Below are positions 16,517-23,701 of a stretch of 64,000 nt of DNA, one piece after another. Source of the stretch: a virus. The notes beneath the pieces were generated by a model. The model saw only the letters and a program-made list of their open reading frames with translations. It did not search any database and was not told the origin of the DNA. The stretch lies in IMG/VR virus record IMGVR_UViG_3300028563_000011, positions 1 through 64,000 of that record. The stretch is one strand, 5' to 3'. A program made the position numbers and the translations under genes. Each line of letters opens with the position of its first letter. Within the stretch, counting starts at the first letter, position 1.

Positions 16517-17164
16517 ATGGAGAAACTCTACCATGGGACGACCCTAACCCACTTACCTCAAATTATGGCAAAAGGAATAGTGCCTCGGGCCAAATCCAAG
16601 GTCAAAGGCAATTGGGAAGGTACCGTTAACAGCAACAGGAATGCGGTGTACCTAACAACTGCATATCCTTGGCACTTTGCAGCTGCTGCATCAAAGGATC
16701 AAATGGGTCTGGTTCTAGAGATCAAATCAGAAGAACTCTTACCCTTCAAACTTGCTCCTGATGAAGATTTCTTGGAGCAGCTAACCAGAAACATAGGACC
16801 ATCAGAGGCTGCGCCCAATCTTGCCCCTATTGATTGGGGTATGGTCAAAAGAACCAAGTTTTACCGCAAGGTCGCAAGGTTTAACCCCAACCTAGCCCCT
16901 ATTAGTTTGGCCAAGATGGGAACTGCGGCTTATTATGGTACCATCCCTTGGAGTGCTGTTTCACGCTATGTTATTATTGATTGGAGTAAGCTGCCTTGGC
17001 AACTAAAGCTTCAAGCAACTGATTCTCAAGTTAGCATCATCAATTACCAAGTCCTTTCAGAGAAGCACAATCAACGTGAAGGACTCAAAGTCGAAAATGT
17101 CGGAGGAAGTTATGCAAAAAGTTTGGGTAGTACGGACCATGGATTGGGAGGGAATTTGGATTAA
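16517..17164 (+). CDS. ADP-ribosyltransferase-fold protein
   Basis: LYHGT....I...GI.P, VYLT, A..AA, LVLEI motif series. Confidence 0.65.
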   Translation: MEKLYHGTTLTHLPQIMAKGIVPRAKSKVKGNWEGTVNSNRNAVYLTTAYPWHFAAAASKDQMGLVLEIKSEELLPFKLAPDEDFLEQLTRNIGPSEAAPNLAPIDWGMVKRTKFYRKVARFNPNLAPISLAKMGTAAYYGTIPWSAVSRYVIIDWSKLPWQLKLQATDSQVSIINYQVLSEKHNQREGLKVENVGGSYAKSLGSTDHGLGGNLD

Positions 17165-17270
17165 CGCTTCATTTCATAGGACTGAGGCTGGAGCCTACAA
17201 AAAGGCACCAAGTGTAGCAGAGCGTTATGAAGCCCCAACCTATGTAACAAATTATATTCTTGAAGAGTAG
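17112..17270 (+). CDS. small hypothetical protein
   Basis: GGAGG RBS before ATG 17112; KVWVV...D.EG......FH.T...A. Confidence 0.6.
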   Translation: MQKVWVVRTMDWEGIWINASFHRTEAGAYKKAPSVAERYEAPTYVTNYILEE

Positions 17271-17310
17271 AGTTCATCGCAGCAGGCTTTTTAGATAGGA
17301 GAGAGACATC

Positions 17311-18252
17311 ATGACAAGGATGAACTTCGATAAAACAAGGCGCTCAAAACTCCTGGCTCAAACTCGGGCTTCCTCCCCTGACCCCAGGTTTAATTATCTG
17401 GCAAAGGAACAAGAAGTTCTAGTGATGCCAACAAAGGAACCAGCCATGGGTTTAACCAACACCCTCAAACCGACGGTGATGGAAATCACCCCAGAGCTAG
17501 CCACAAAATGGCTCGAAGGGAATGTCCATAACCGCAAACTCCGCCAGAAGGAGGTTGACCGCCTTGCACGTGAAATGAAAGGTGGGCGTTGGGCTCTTAA
17601 TGGGGAGTCCATCATCTTCGCTAGCGATGGGACATTGCTAGATGGACAACACAGGCTCTGGGCTTGTGTTGAAAGTCAGGTAACTTTCCAGTCCGTTGTG
17701 GTATACGGAGCGGATGCCTCCTCATTTACCACGATTGACCAAGGGCGTCATCGTTCGCCGGCCAACCACCTGGAAGTGGCACGTGTCCAATCGAACTACA
17801 CAACAACTGTTGCTGCGGTTGCTTCCATTATTATCCGTTACCGCACCAACAATATCTTCTCTAACGAGAAGGTAAATCCTGCGGATCTTGTCGAACTGGT
17901 CAAAACGAACCCCGAAATCGTTGAATGGGTCAATAAGGCCAGAAAGGCTCCAAAAGGGCTCAAGGGAAGTGCGTCATCAATCGCTACTGTTCTTTACCTG
18001 GGCAGCCGGTATCTGCCAAATGAGGCTGAAGCCTTCCTACACCACTGGGTCACAGGTTCTGACTTAGCAACAGGATCTCCCATCCTAACGCTCCGTCAAC
18101 GGGTCCTGACCGCAAAACCCCCAGCTTCGCAATGGGAACGGCTCTTCTTGGTTGTAAGCGCGTGGAATGCTTACGCTGAGAAACGTCCTCTTTATAAGAT
18201 GGGCAGCTTGCGTGGGGATAAGTTTCCTGGCATTGTTGGTTACGAAAAATAA
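17311..18252 (+). CDS. ParB-N-like domain protein
   Basis: ITPELA..WL..N..NR.L......LA..M..G.W..NG..I.F..DG.LLDGQHRL.A. Confidence 0.85.
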   Translation: MTRMNFDKTRRSKLLAQTRASSPDPRFNYLAKEQEVLVMPTKEPAMGLTNTLKPTVMEITPELATKWLEGNVHNRKLRQKEVDRLAREMKGGRWALNGESIIFASDGTLLDGQHRLWACVESQVTFQSVVVYGADASSFTTIDQGRHRSPANHLEVARVQSNYTTTVAAVASIIIRYRTNNIFSNEKVNPADLVELVKTNPEIVEWVNKARKAPKGLKGSASSIATVLYLGSRYLPNEAEAFLHHWVTGSDLATGSPILTLRQRVLTAKPPASQWERLFLVVSAWNAYAEKRPLYKMGSLRGDKFPGIVGYEK

Positions 18253-18313
18253 GAGTGCAACTAGCACGGTCTTAGGGGGAAGAATATACTTAAGACCGTG
18301 TCAGGGGGCACTT
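18253..18313 (+). repeat. hairpin element copy 23
   Basis: GAGTGCA-ACTAG-CACGGTCTTA..TAAGACCGTG-TCAGGG-GGCACTT. Confidence 0.9.
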
Positions 18314-18338
18314 AAGCGCCATATAGGAGAGAGAACGG

Positions 18339-18599
18339 ATGAGAAAAGAACTTGAATACGTTCAAATACCACCCAATGAAGCACCAATTACAGAGCTCTG
18401 GGCTTGGTTGTCAATTGATGACAAAGGCAATGAAGGAATTGTTGCCTTTGAATTGTCCAATAAGACTTGGATGTCTGTTACGTCAAAGCGGCGTATAGCG
18501 GAAAAGATGCGGCCCTTTGTACAAGAAGTCGTAGAACGCTCTGGACTTCGGGTGCGGCTTGTAAAGTTCACCACCAAGGAAGTGGTCGAAGAAAACTAA
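18339..18599 (+). CDS. hypothetical protein
   Basis: conserved RBS. Confidence 0.8.
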   Translation: MRKELEYVQIPPNEAPITELWAWLSIDDKGNEGIVAFELSNKTWMSVTSKRRIAEKMRPFVQEVVERSGLRVRLVKFTTKEVVEEN

Positions 18600-18747
18600 T
18601 CTCTTTAGGAGAGAACCCACCAAGGCCGTATGTATACGTACAGATTGGCCAAGCTCGGTGGTCAAGGAAGCCCCTACGGGGGAACTTCCACTCTCCTATA
18701 CGGCGATGGCAGGCCGTCGTCCGAGATTAGTCTGCCCTTCCTTTTTC
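18595..18747 (+). ncRNA. candidate multi-stem pseudoknotted RNA
   Basis: P1 18595-18603/18723-18731, P2 18606-18613/18691-18698, C(UACG)G hairpin, loop GGCAG pairs with 3' CTGCC. Confidence 0.6.
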
Positions 18748-18748
18748 T

Positions 18749-18799
18749 GAGTATAGTGCAGCGCAGTCTCTTAAATTGAGACTGCGTCACGGTACACTT
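18749..18799 (+). repeat. hairpin element copy 24
   Basis: near-identical to copy 18 through the RBS. Confidence 0.9.
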
Positions 18800-18828
18800 G
18801 GGTACCACTTATAGGAGAGAAGATCAGC

Positions 18829-19122
18829 ATGAGTCTTGCAGATAAACTTGGGTTTGGCCCAAAGCGAGAGCTAACTGCTCTTGGCGATGGGATGTACCTA
18901 CTTAAAGTCACCCCACCAAGTTGGTCCCATTTTTCCCCCTCAACCATTCGTTTGACGGAAGATCAGGTCAAACGATATGAGCGGTGGCTTACCGACGATA
19001 CCCTCATACAAGATGCTTTCCCTGAGTTGAGTCTGGACCAACGGGAAATCCTCCTGTCCGGAATTGGACCGGGGGAGTTCAGCGAAGCTTTCAAAGACAA
19101 CGAAGAGGACCAAAATGGCTGA
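18829..19122 (+). CDS. conserved-looking phage hypothetical protein
   Basis: LIQDAFPELS.DQREIL.SGI.P.E motif. Confidence 0.85.
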   Translation: MSLADKLGFGPKRELTALGDGMYLLKVTPPSWSHFSPSTIRLTEDQVKRYERWLTDDTLIQDAFPELSLDQREILLSGIGPGEFSEAFKDNEEDQNG

Positions 19123-19300
19123 TATCCAAAAAGACCGTGACCACACCAAAGCTGCACCCGTCAAAAAGAAATGTGTAGGGGGTTGCACACACCCCTTCCA
19201 GGATGAGCGATACGGTAAAGGCGTTCGCCTTATGAACCCAATCGCTTCGGGCGGTTTCCCCAAATACCGCTGCACCGTCTGCAGCCGTGAACAAGACTAA
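19115..19300 (+). CDS. small zinc-binding protein
   Basis: C...C.H.FQD..YG.G.R..N...RCTVC. Confidence 0.75.
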   Translation: MADIQKDRDHTKAAPVKKKCVGGCTHPFQDERYGKGVRLMNPIASGGFPKYRCTVCSREQD

Positions 19301-19311
19301 GAGGAGGTACT

Positions 19312-19509
19312 GTGATGAACTTTCAAGCTCTTTCAATACTCATGAACGACCCAACAAAGTTGTCAATAAAACCAGGAGCAGATAACCCAGAAAAAGACAC
19401 TAGGCACTTTGGAGCCTACATTACCGTAACACTTGGACTTTCAAGTAAGACTTTCTTTATTGGTGTGGACACTAGCACTGGTAAAGATGTAATCGAGCAA
19501 GTTGAGTAA
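19312..19509 (+). CDS. hypothetical protein
   Basis: GAGGAGG RBS. Confidence 0.75.
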   Translation: MMNFQALSILMNDPTKLSIKPGADNPEKDTRHFGAYITVTLGLSSKTFFIGVDTSTGKDVIEQVE

Positions 19510-19559
19510 AGCACAGCTAGGTGAGCCTGCCTCTTTTAGGCTCACTCAGGGTGTACTTT
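19508..19559 (+). repeat. hairpin element copy 25
   Basis: AAAGCACA-GCTAG-GTGAGCCT..AGGCTCAC-TCAGGG-TGTACTTT. Confidence 0.9.
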
Positions 19560-19587
19560 TGCACCGTTTATAGGAGAGAGAAATGAC

Positions 19588-19956
19588 ATGGACCTATTTA
19601 AGATAGAATGTTTCGTGGAGGACAAGCGCCTAGCGCAAGTCCACCGCGCGCTATCGGGGTTAGTTTACGAACTCCAAACAACCCCTGTCACCAATGTGAC
19701 TCAGACCGAAGATGGTGCCTTAAAGGCCAAAAGCCATACAGGATCCTTTGGTGCGGTTCTAAAGAGCCTAAAATTGGGCCAAACCTTCACTTCTAAGGAG
19801 GTTAGAGACCGTTTGGTTGCTGAAGGATATTCGGATCAGCGCCATCACGGTGTCCTACACCAACTGACAAAGTCAGGAGTCATCAAACGTGTTGGAACGG
19901 GTAAGTACCAACTGACGCAACCCAACACCAAATCCAAGGCTCGGAGAAAAGCATGA
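19588..19956 (+). CDS. winged-helix DNA-binding protein
   Basis: FT..EV......L..L.KSG.IKRVG.GKY. Confidence 0.7.
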   Translation: MDLFKIECFVEDKRLAQVHRALSGLVYELQTTPVTNVTQTEDGALKAKSHTGSFGAVLKSLKLGQTFTSKEVRDRLVAEGYSDQRHHGVLHQLTKSGVIKRVGTGKYQLTQPNTKSKARRKA

Positions 19957-20213
19957 GCAAACCTACCACCAAGAAAGGTCCTTTGAAGCTCTACAAATCG
20001 TATATCTTCAAAGAAAAAGATCCTGTTATTGATCAACTGCGAACGGTTGTTCAAGACTCCAAGAAGAGCTACGGAGAGATCCATGCCCTGTCTGGGGTCA
20101 GCGTTTCGGCAATCAACGGTTGGTTCAACGGGGTTACAAAACGGCCCCAATTTGCTACCGTTAACGCCGTGGCTAGTGCTTTGGGCCAAGAGTTCAAACT
20201 TACCAAGAAGTGA
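19953..20213 (+). CDS. XRE-family HTH regulator
   Basis: SY.EI..LSGVS.SAI..WF.G.TKRPQF.TV.AVA.ALG. Confidence 0.85.
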   Translation: MSKPTTKKGPLKLYKSYIFKEKDPVIDQLRTVVQDSKKSYGEIHALSGVSVSAINGWFNGVTKRPQFATVNAVASALGQEFKLTKK

Positions 20214-20262
20214 TTGTAAAGTCAATAGGGCTGAGCAATTGGCCCTATTAGCGTTTCAATCA
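20211..20262 (+). repeat. hairpin element copy 26 (divergent, last)
   Basis: TGATTGTAA-AGTC-AATAGGGC..GCCCTATT-AGCG-TTTCAATCA. Confidence 0.65.
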
Positions 20263-20284
20263 AATCTCAAAGGAGAGAAATCAA

Positions 20285-20524
20285 ATGAGTATTATTTCAA
20301 TACTAAGGTCTTGGTCTAGGTCTAGGTCTAGGTCTTGGTCTTGGTCTTGGTCTGGGTCTAGGTCCAGGTCTAGGTCTAGGTCCAGGTCCAGGTCTTGGTC
20401 TAGGTCTTGGTCTTGGTCTGGGTCTAGGTCCAGGTCTTGGTCTTGGTCTTGGTCTGGGTCTAGGTCCAGGTCTTGGTCTTGGTCTTGGTCTGGGTCTAGA
20501 TCAAAACCTAAAGTCTTGGTCTAG
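20285..20524 (+). CDS. Ser-Arg/Ser-Trp dipeptide-repeat peptide 2
   Basis: AAGGAGAG RBS; MSIISILR(SX)n. Confidence 0.75.
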   Translation: MSIISILRSWSRSRSRSWSWSWSGSRSRSRSRSRSRSWSRSWSWSGSRSRSWSWSWSGSRSRSWSWSWSGSRSKPKVLV

Positions 20525-20536
20525 GTCTTAATTTCT

Positions 20537-20746
20537 ATGGTAGAAAGAGTAAAGATCAAACCAAAGATCGAACGGGTAAAGATATTTTGCCTGGAGATCA
20601 AAGCAAGAGTGGCCTTAACATATGACCCTTCCAAAAAGGGTACTGTCGTAACTGTTGGGCCAGAAGTTAGCGAAATCAAATGGGACGATAGAAGTGCTCA
20701 AGTCTATGTGACTAATCACTTCTTAACATCAGCAGGAACAGAATAA
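20537..20746 (+). CDS. small SH3-like hypothetical protein
   Basis: ORF in operon. Confidence 0.6.
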   Translation: MVERVKIKPKIERVKIFCLEIKARVALTYDPSKKGTVVTVGPEVSEIKWDDRSAQVYVTNHFLTSAGTE

Positions 20747-20944
20747 GTGCAAGCAACAACAGTAGGACTTGGACCCTTTTACCCAGCTATCCGAATTACA
20801 GGGGTTCTTTGGGTAAATAGATCCGTATCATTCGACAATGAGGATGCAGCGCACAACGCTGCAATCATAATACTAAACCGACTGCAATACCGCCAGACAG
20901 CCCAGCTAAAACAAGCTGGGTACGCAAAAGAACTGGAGTCTTAA
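20747..20944 (+). CDS. hypothetical protein
   Basis: abuts previous gene. Confidence 0.55.
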   Translation: MQATTVGLGPFYPAIRITGVLWVNRSVSFDNEDAAHNAAIIILNRLQYRQTAQLKQAGYAKELES

Positions 20945-20945
20945 C

Positions 20946-21320
20946 ATGGAATTGCCCAAGATCTTGAAGCGTAATTGGCAGATGAAAGGAGGGGTTCCTG
21001 TTTACGCGGACCAACCCCTTACTCTTTCCTCCTTTGAAAAGGAGTTTGGCGATAACCTTGATGAATGGGAGGATCAAGTCTTCAAAGATGCCGTCAAGTT
21101 CCGCCTACACCGCTTTAAGGAGGGTGGGGCTATTGACCGGGCTGAAGTTCAAGATTTCGAACAAGCTTTAGCTTTAGCTGGTGTGGAACTAAGAACACCA
21201 GGGCACCGAGTGCTTATCTATGCCGTAACAGAACCCGGTCGTTTCGTATGTTTAGAAAGGAAGCGTTGGGCTCACTTTCTAGACTTGTGGAACAAAAAGA
21301 AGGAAGGAACCTCCAAATGA
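20946..21320 (+). CDS. hypothetical protein
   Basis: GGAG RBS. Confidence 0.75.
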   Translation: MELPKILKRNWQMKGGVPVYADQPLTLSSFEKEFGDNLDEWEDQVFKDAVKFRLHRFKEGGAIDRAEVQDFEQALALAGVELRTPGHRVLIYAVTEPGRFVCLERKRWAHFLDLWNKKKEGTSK

Positions 21321-21640
21321 AACACTATGTCTTAGATGGCGAAAACCATATCCAAGAAGAAACTGATATAGTGTCTTGGGCTCTTTGGTTTGAGAACCTA
21401 TCCAATAGATCAGTTGGATACACCCAAATAAACAGTGTTGTCAATGTTAGCACTGTTTTCCTAGGAATTGATCATGGGCTAGACCTTAATGGCCTACCTC
21501 TGTTGTTTGAAACAATGGTTTTTGGATTGGACAACGATTACTGTACTCGGTACTTTTCTTGGGATGACGCCAAATTGGGCCACAAATTGATCGTAGCTAA
21601 AGTGCGAAAACAACTAAAGTACCGAAAGGTTGAAGCGTGA
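21317..21640 (+). CDS. conserved-looking phage hypothetical protein
   Basis: VSTVFLG.DH......P.LFETMVFG......RY..W..A..GH; ATGA overlap. Confidence 0.8.
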   Translation: MKHYVLDGENHIQEETDIVSWALWFENLSNRSVGYTQINSVVNVSTVFLGIDHGLDLNGLPLLFETMVFGLDNDYCTRYFSWDDAKLGHKLIVAKVRKQLKYRKVEA

Positions 21641-21855
21641 CAAAATTGTATATCATTGTAAAATACGCAGAGATGTACCTGGGAGGAAAGGCTCCAATTT
21701 CGGTTTCTATTGCCGATACTTACACAGTTAGGGAATTAGGGATACCTCGCGGTCCTTATACTTCAAAAGAAGAAGCTGAGTCATATTTACCAAAACTAAA
21801 TGACTATAATCCTACAGTTGGTTATGGGGTTGTGGAATTAAGTGGGTTGGAATGA
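21637..21855 (+). CDS. hypothetical protein
   Basis: GTGA overlap. Confidence 0.65.
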   Translation: MTKLYIIVKYAEMYLGGKAPISVSIADTYTVRELGIPRGPYTSKEEAESYLPKLNDYNPTVGYGVVELSGLE

Positions 21856-21930
21856 CAAAAAGATTGCGACCATACCCTGAACACAAACCACCTTTGCCAC
21901 TGTGGCTTTGGAATTGGATCATGTCAAAAT

Positions 21931-22143
21931 TTGGTATCACTTAAGAGGTCACCCAAATTGGTAAAAAGAGTAGTGTTATTCTGCAAAGATTATGAAGAGT
22001 ATTTGGCTGAACTACCGCCAAAATGTGGTTGTTTTGCTTGTATCAGCAAATGGCAACAAACACAAAAGGAACGGATCAAACGTGCAAACACAAGAAAAAC
22101 GTCAATTGGTGAAAGCCAAACCACGGAAAAAGAAGGGGAGTAA
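21931..22143 (+). CDS. hypothetical protein (Cys-rich; start uncertain)
   Basis: CGC..C motif. Confidence 0.45.
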   Translation: MVSLKRSPKLVKRVVLFCKDYEEYLAELPPKCGCFACISKWQQTQKERIKRANTRKTSIGESQTTEKEGE

Positions 22144-22222
22144 GCCAAGTTTCTTGGCTACGCTAAAGAAAGTCTTGGCCGAGTATCGAATACACATTAC
22201 AATCGAAAGGAAGAAACAATGA
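22082..22222 (+). CDS. small basic protein
   Basis: GTG start with AAGGA RBS; ATGA overlap with next gene. Confidence 0.5.
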   Translation: MQTQEKRQLVKAKPRKKKGSKPSFLATLKKVLAEYRIHITIERKKQ

Positions 22223-22443
22223 TAATACATCAACCTCCGTCTGGGTCTTGGTCTAGGTCTTGGTCTTGGTCTAGGTCCAGGTCTAGGTCTAGGTCCAGGT
22301 CTGGGTCTAGGTCCAGGTCTGAGTCTGAGTCTTGGTCTTGGTCTTGGTCTGGGTCTAGGTCTAGGTCTAGGTCTAGGTCCAGGTCTTGGGCTTGGTCTTG
22401 GTCTGAGTCTAGGTCTGAGTCTGAGTCTTGGTCTAGGTCTTAA
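22219..22443 (+). CDS. Ser-Arg/Ser-Trp/Ser-Glu dipeptide-repeat peptide 3
   Basis: AAGGAAG RBS, ATGA overlap, TCT-NGG/TCT-GAG hexamers. Confidence 0.7.
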   Translation: MIIHQPPSGSWSRSWSWSRSRSRSRSRSGSRSRSESESWSWSWSGSRSRSRSRSRSWAWSWSESRSESESWSRS

Positions 22444-22445
22444 AA

Positions 22446-22640
22446 ATGAGGTATTACGCTCAATGGTTAAACTTTCCAGAGTCAGGAAATCAAGAGTTTT
22501 GGTGTGTCTTTGACCGAATGCGCCTCACCAATCAAGGTGAAGTCAAACCAATATGTGCTTGTATTAGTCGTGCTGTTGCTTTTAACATCAGAGATACGTT
22601 AAACCACCAAGAGAATGAACGTGATAAACAGCAAGGGTAA
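22446..22640 (+). CDS. hypothetical protein
   Basis: ORF in operon. Confidence 0.6.
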   Translation: MRYYAQWLNFPESGNQEFWCVFDRMRLTNQGEVKPICACISRAVAFNIRDTLNHQENERDKQQG

Positions 22641-23112
22641 GGGTTCATCCTTTGAACGCAAAGTATGTACTACGTTATCCCTTTGGGTAACTGAAGGAAA
22701 ACAAAACGATTGTTTCTGGCGTAGTTCTATTTCAGGTGGCCGAGCTACCGTCGCTCATAATAAGGGGAAGACTAATCGTCAAGCTGGAGATATTTGTTCC
22801 GTTTCTCCAGAAGGACACATTCTAACAGAAAAGTTCTTTATTGAATGTAAACATTACCGAAAGCTTCAAATTGATAAGTTCATCTTATTAAAAGAAGGAA
22901 CCTTAGCCAAGTTTTGGGTTACATGTAATAACCAAGCTTTTAATCACAAGCGTTGGCCAATGCTTATCGTCAAAGAGAACGGGAAACCGGAATTGGTGAT
23001 AACATATCAAGACCACTTAACCAATTTTTGTAATGTAGGCCCCAGCCTTACCACAGGTTTGACAGAAATTCGTTTGTTTAGAGACTTACTACAATCCCAA
23101 CTAAGAAAGTGA
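22615..23112 (+). CDS. Holliday junction resolvase-like PD-(D/E)XK nuclease
   Basis: KG..FER.V...LS....WRS..SGG....GDI....FIECKHY. Confidence 0.85.
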   Translation: MNVINSKGKGSSFERKVCTTLSLWVTEGKQNDCFWRSSISGGRATVAHNKGKTNRQAGDICSVSPEGHILTEKFFIECKHYRKLQIDKFILLKEGTLAKFWVTCNNQAFNHKRWPMLIVKENGKPELVITYQDHLTNFCNVGPSLTTGLTEIRLFRDLLQSQLRK

Positions 23113-23118
23113 AAAACC

Positions 23119-23694
23119 ATGGACCTTCCTACAGGAAGTGTTTTCGCTCATATGTTTGACTCAAGCCCTGCAGAAATTAAGCAACCAATAAACTTACCCC
23201 CAGATATATCTGGAGTTAGCGGCAAAGCTTGGTCAGTTGACTTAGCAAGGGCAAGAGCCAAGCTTAAAGTTCATCCAAAGGATGATGCTACATTAACCCA
23301 TTGGGTCGTTGAAGCACCTTGGGCTCATCCAGTTTGGCATTCTTACTCAATTGTACTGCTTCATCTAAGACCATTAGTTGGTAAAACAACCCTTTTTTAT
23401 AAAGAGGGGGCCACCCATGAAATCTGGGTTTATGCTCAGAATCCTGATTCAAACAGAACAAAATTAATCCAAGGAGGCCCACTGAAGGACTATTGGCTTC
23501 ACCCTATGAATTTTGCTGCTCAGTTTATTGAACTAACTGATGAACTTGCGCTGGAACGTGTAAAAGGATCAGTACAACAAATCTGTGATGGAAAATTGAG
23601 TCCAGATACGGATTTTATCCAAGATTGGGCCAGGCTTTACGGTAATAATATGATGAAAGACCGCCCCAATCCTAAGTCTCCGATCATAAAGTAA
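23119..23694 (+). CDS. hypothetical protein
   Basis: APWAHP.W..Y...LSPDTDF. Confidence 0.8.
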   Translation: MDLPTGSVFAHMFDSSPAEIKQPINLPPDISGVSGKAWSVDLARARAKLKVHPKDDATLTHWVVEAPWAHPVWHSYSIVLLHLRPLVGKTTLFYKEGATHEIWVYAQNPDSNRTKLIQGGPLKDYWLHPMNFAAQFIELTDELALERVKGSVQQICDGKLSPDTDFIQDWARLYGNNMMKDRPNPKSPIIK

Positions 23695-23701
23695 AACCCT
23701 T

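Noticed and set aside
5727-20262. Early-arm repeats as a CRISPR array
   Set aside because: Repeats vary in sequence, the intervals are whole genes, and no cas genes are present.
5727-20262. Early-arm repeats as integron attC sites
   Set aside because: No RYYYAAC/GTTRRRY cores, no tyrosine recombinase in the window; G-U pairs and UNCG loops indicate RNA structure.
5727-20262. Early-arm repeats as intrinsic terminators or sigma70 promoters
   Set aside because: No 3' U-tracts and no recurring -35/-10 boxes.
5727-20262. Known self-cleaving ribozyme classes
   Set aside because: No hammerhead CUGANGA/GAAA, HDV, twister or pistol core seen by eye; a novel class is not excluded.
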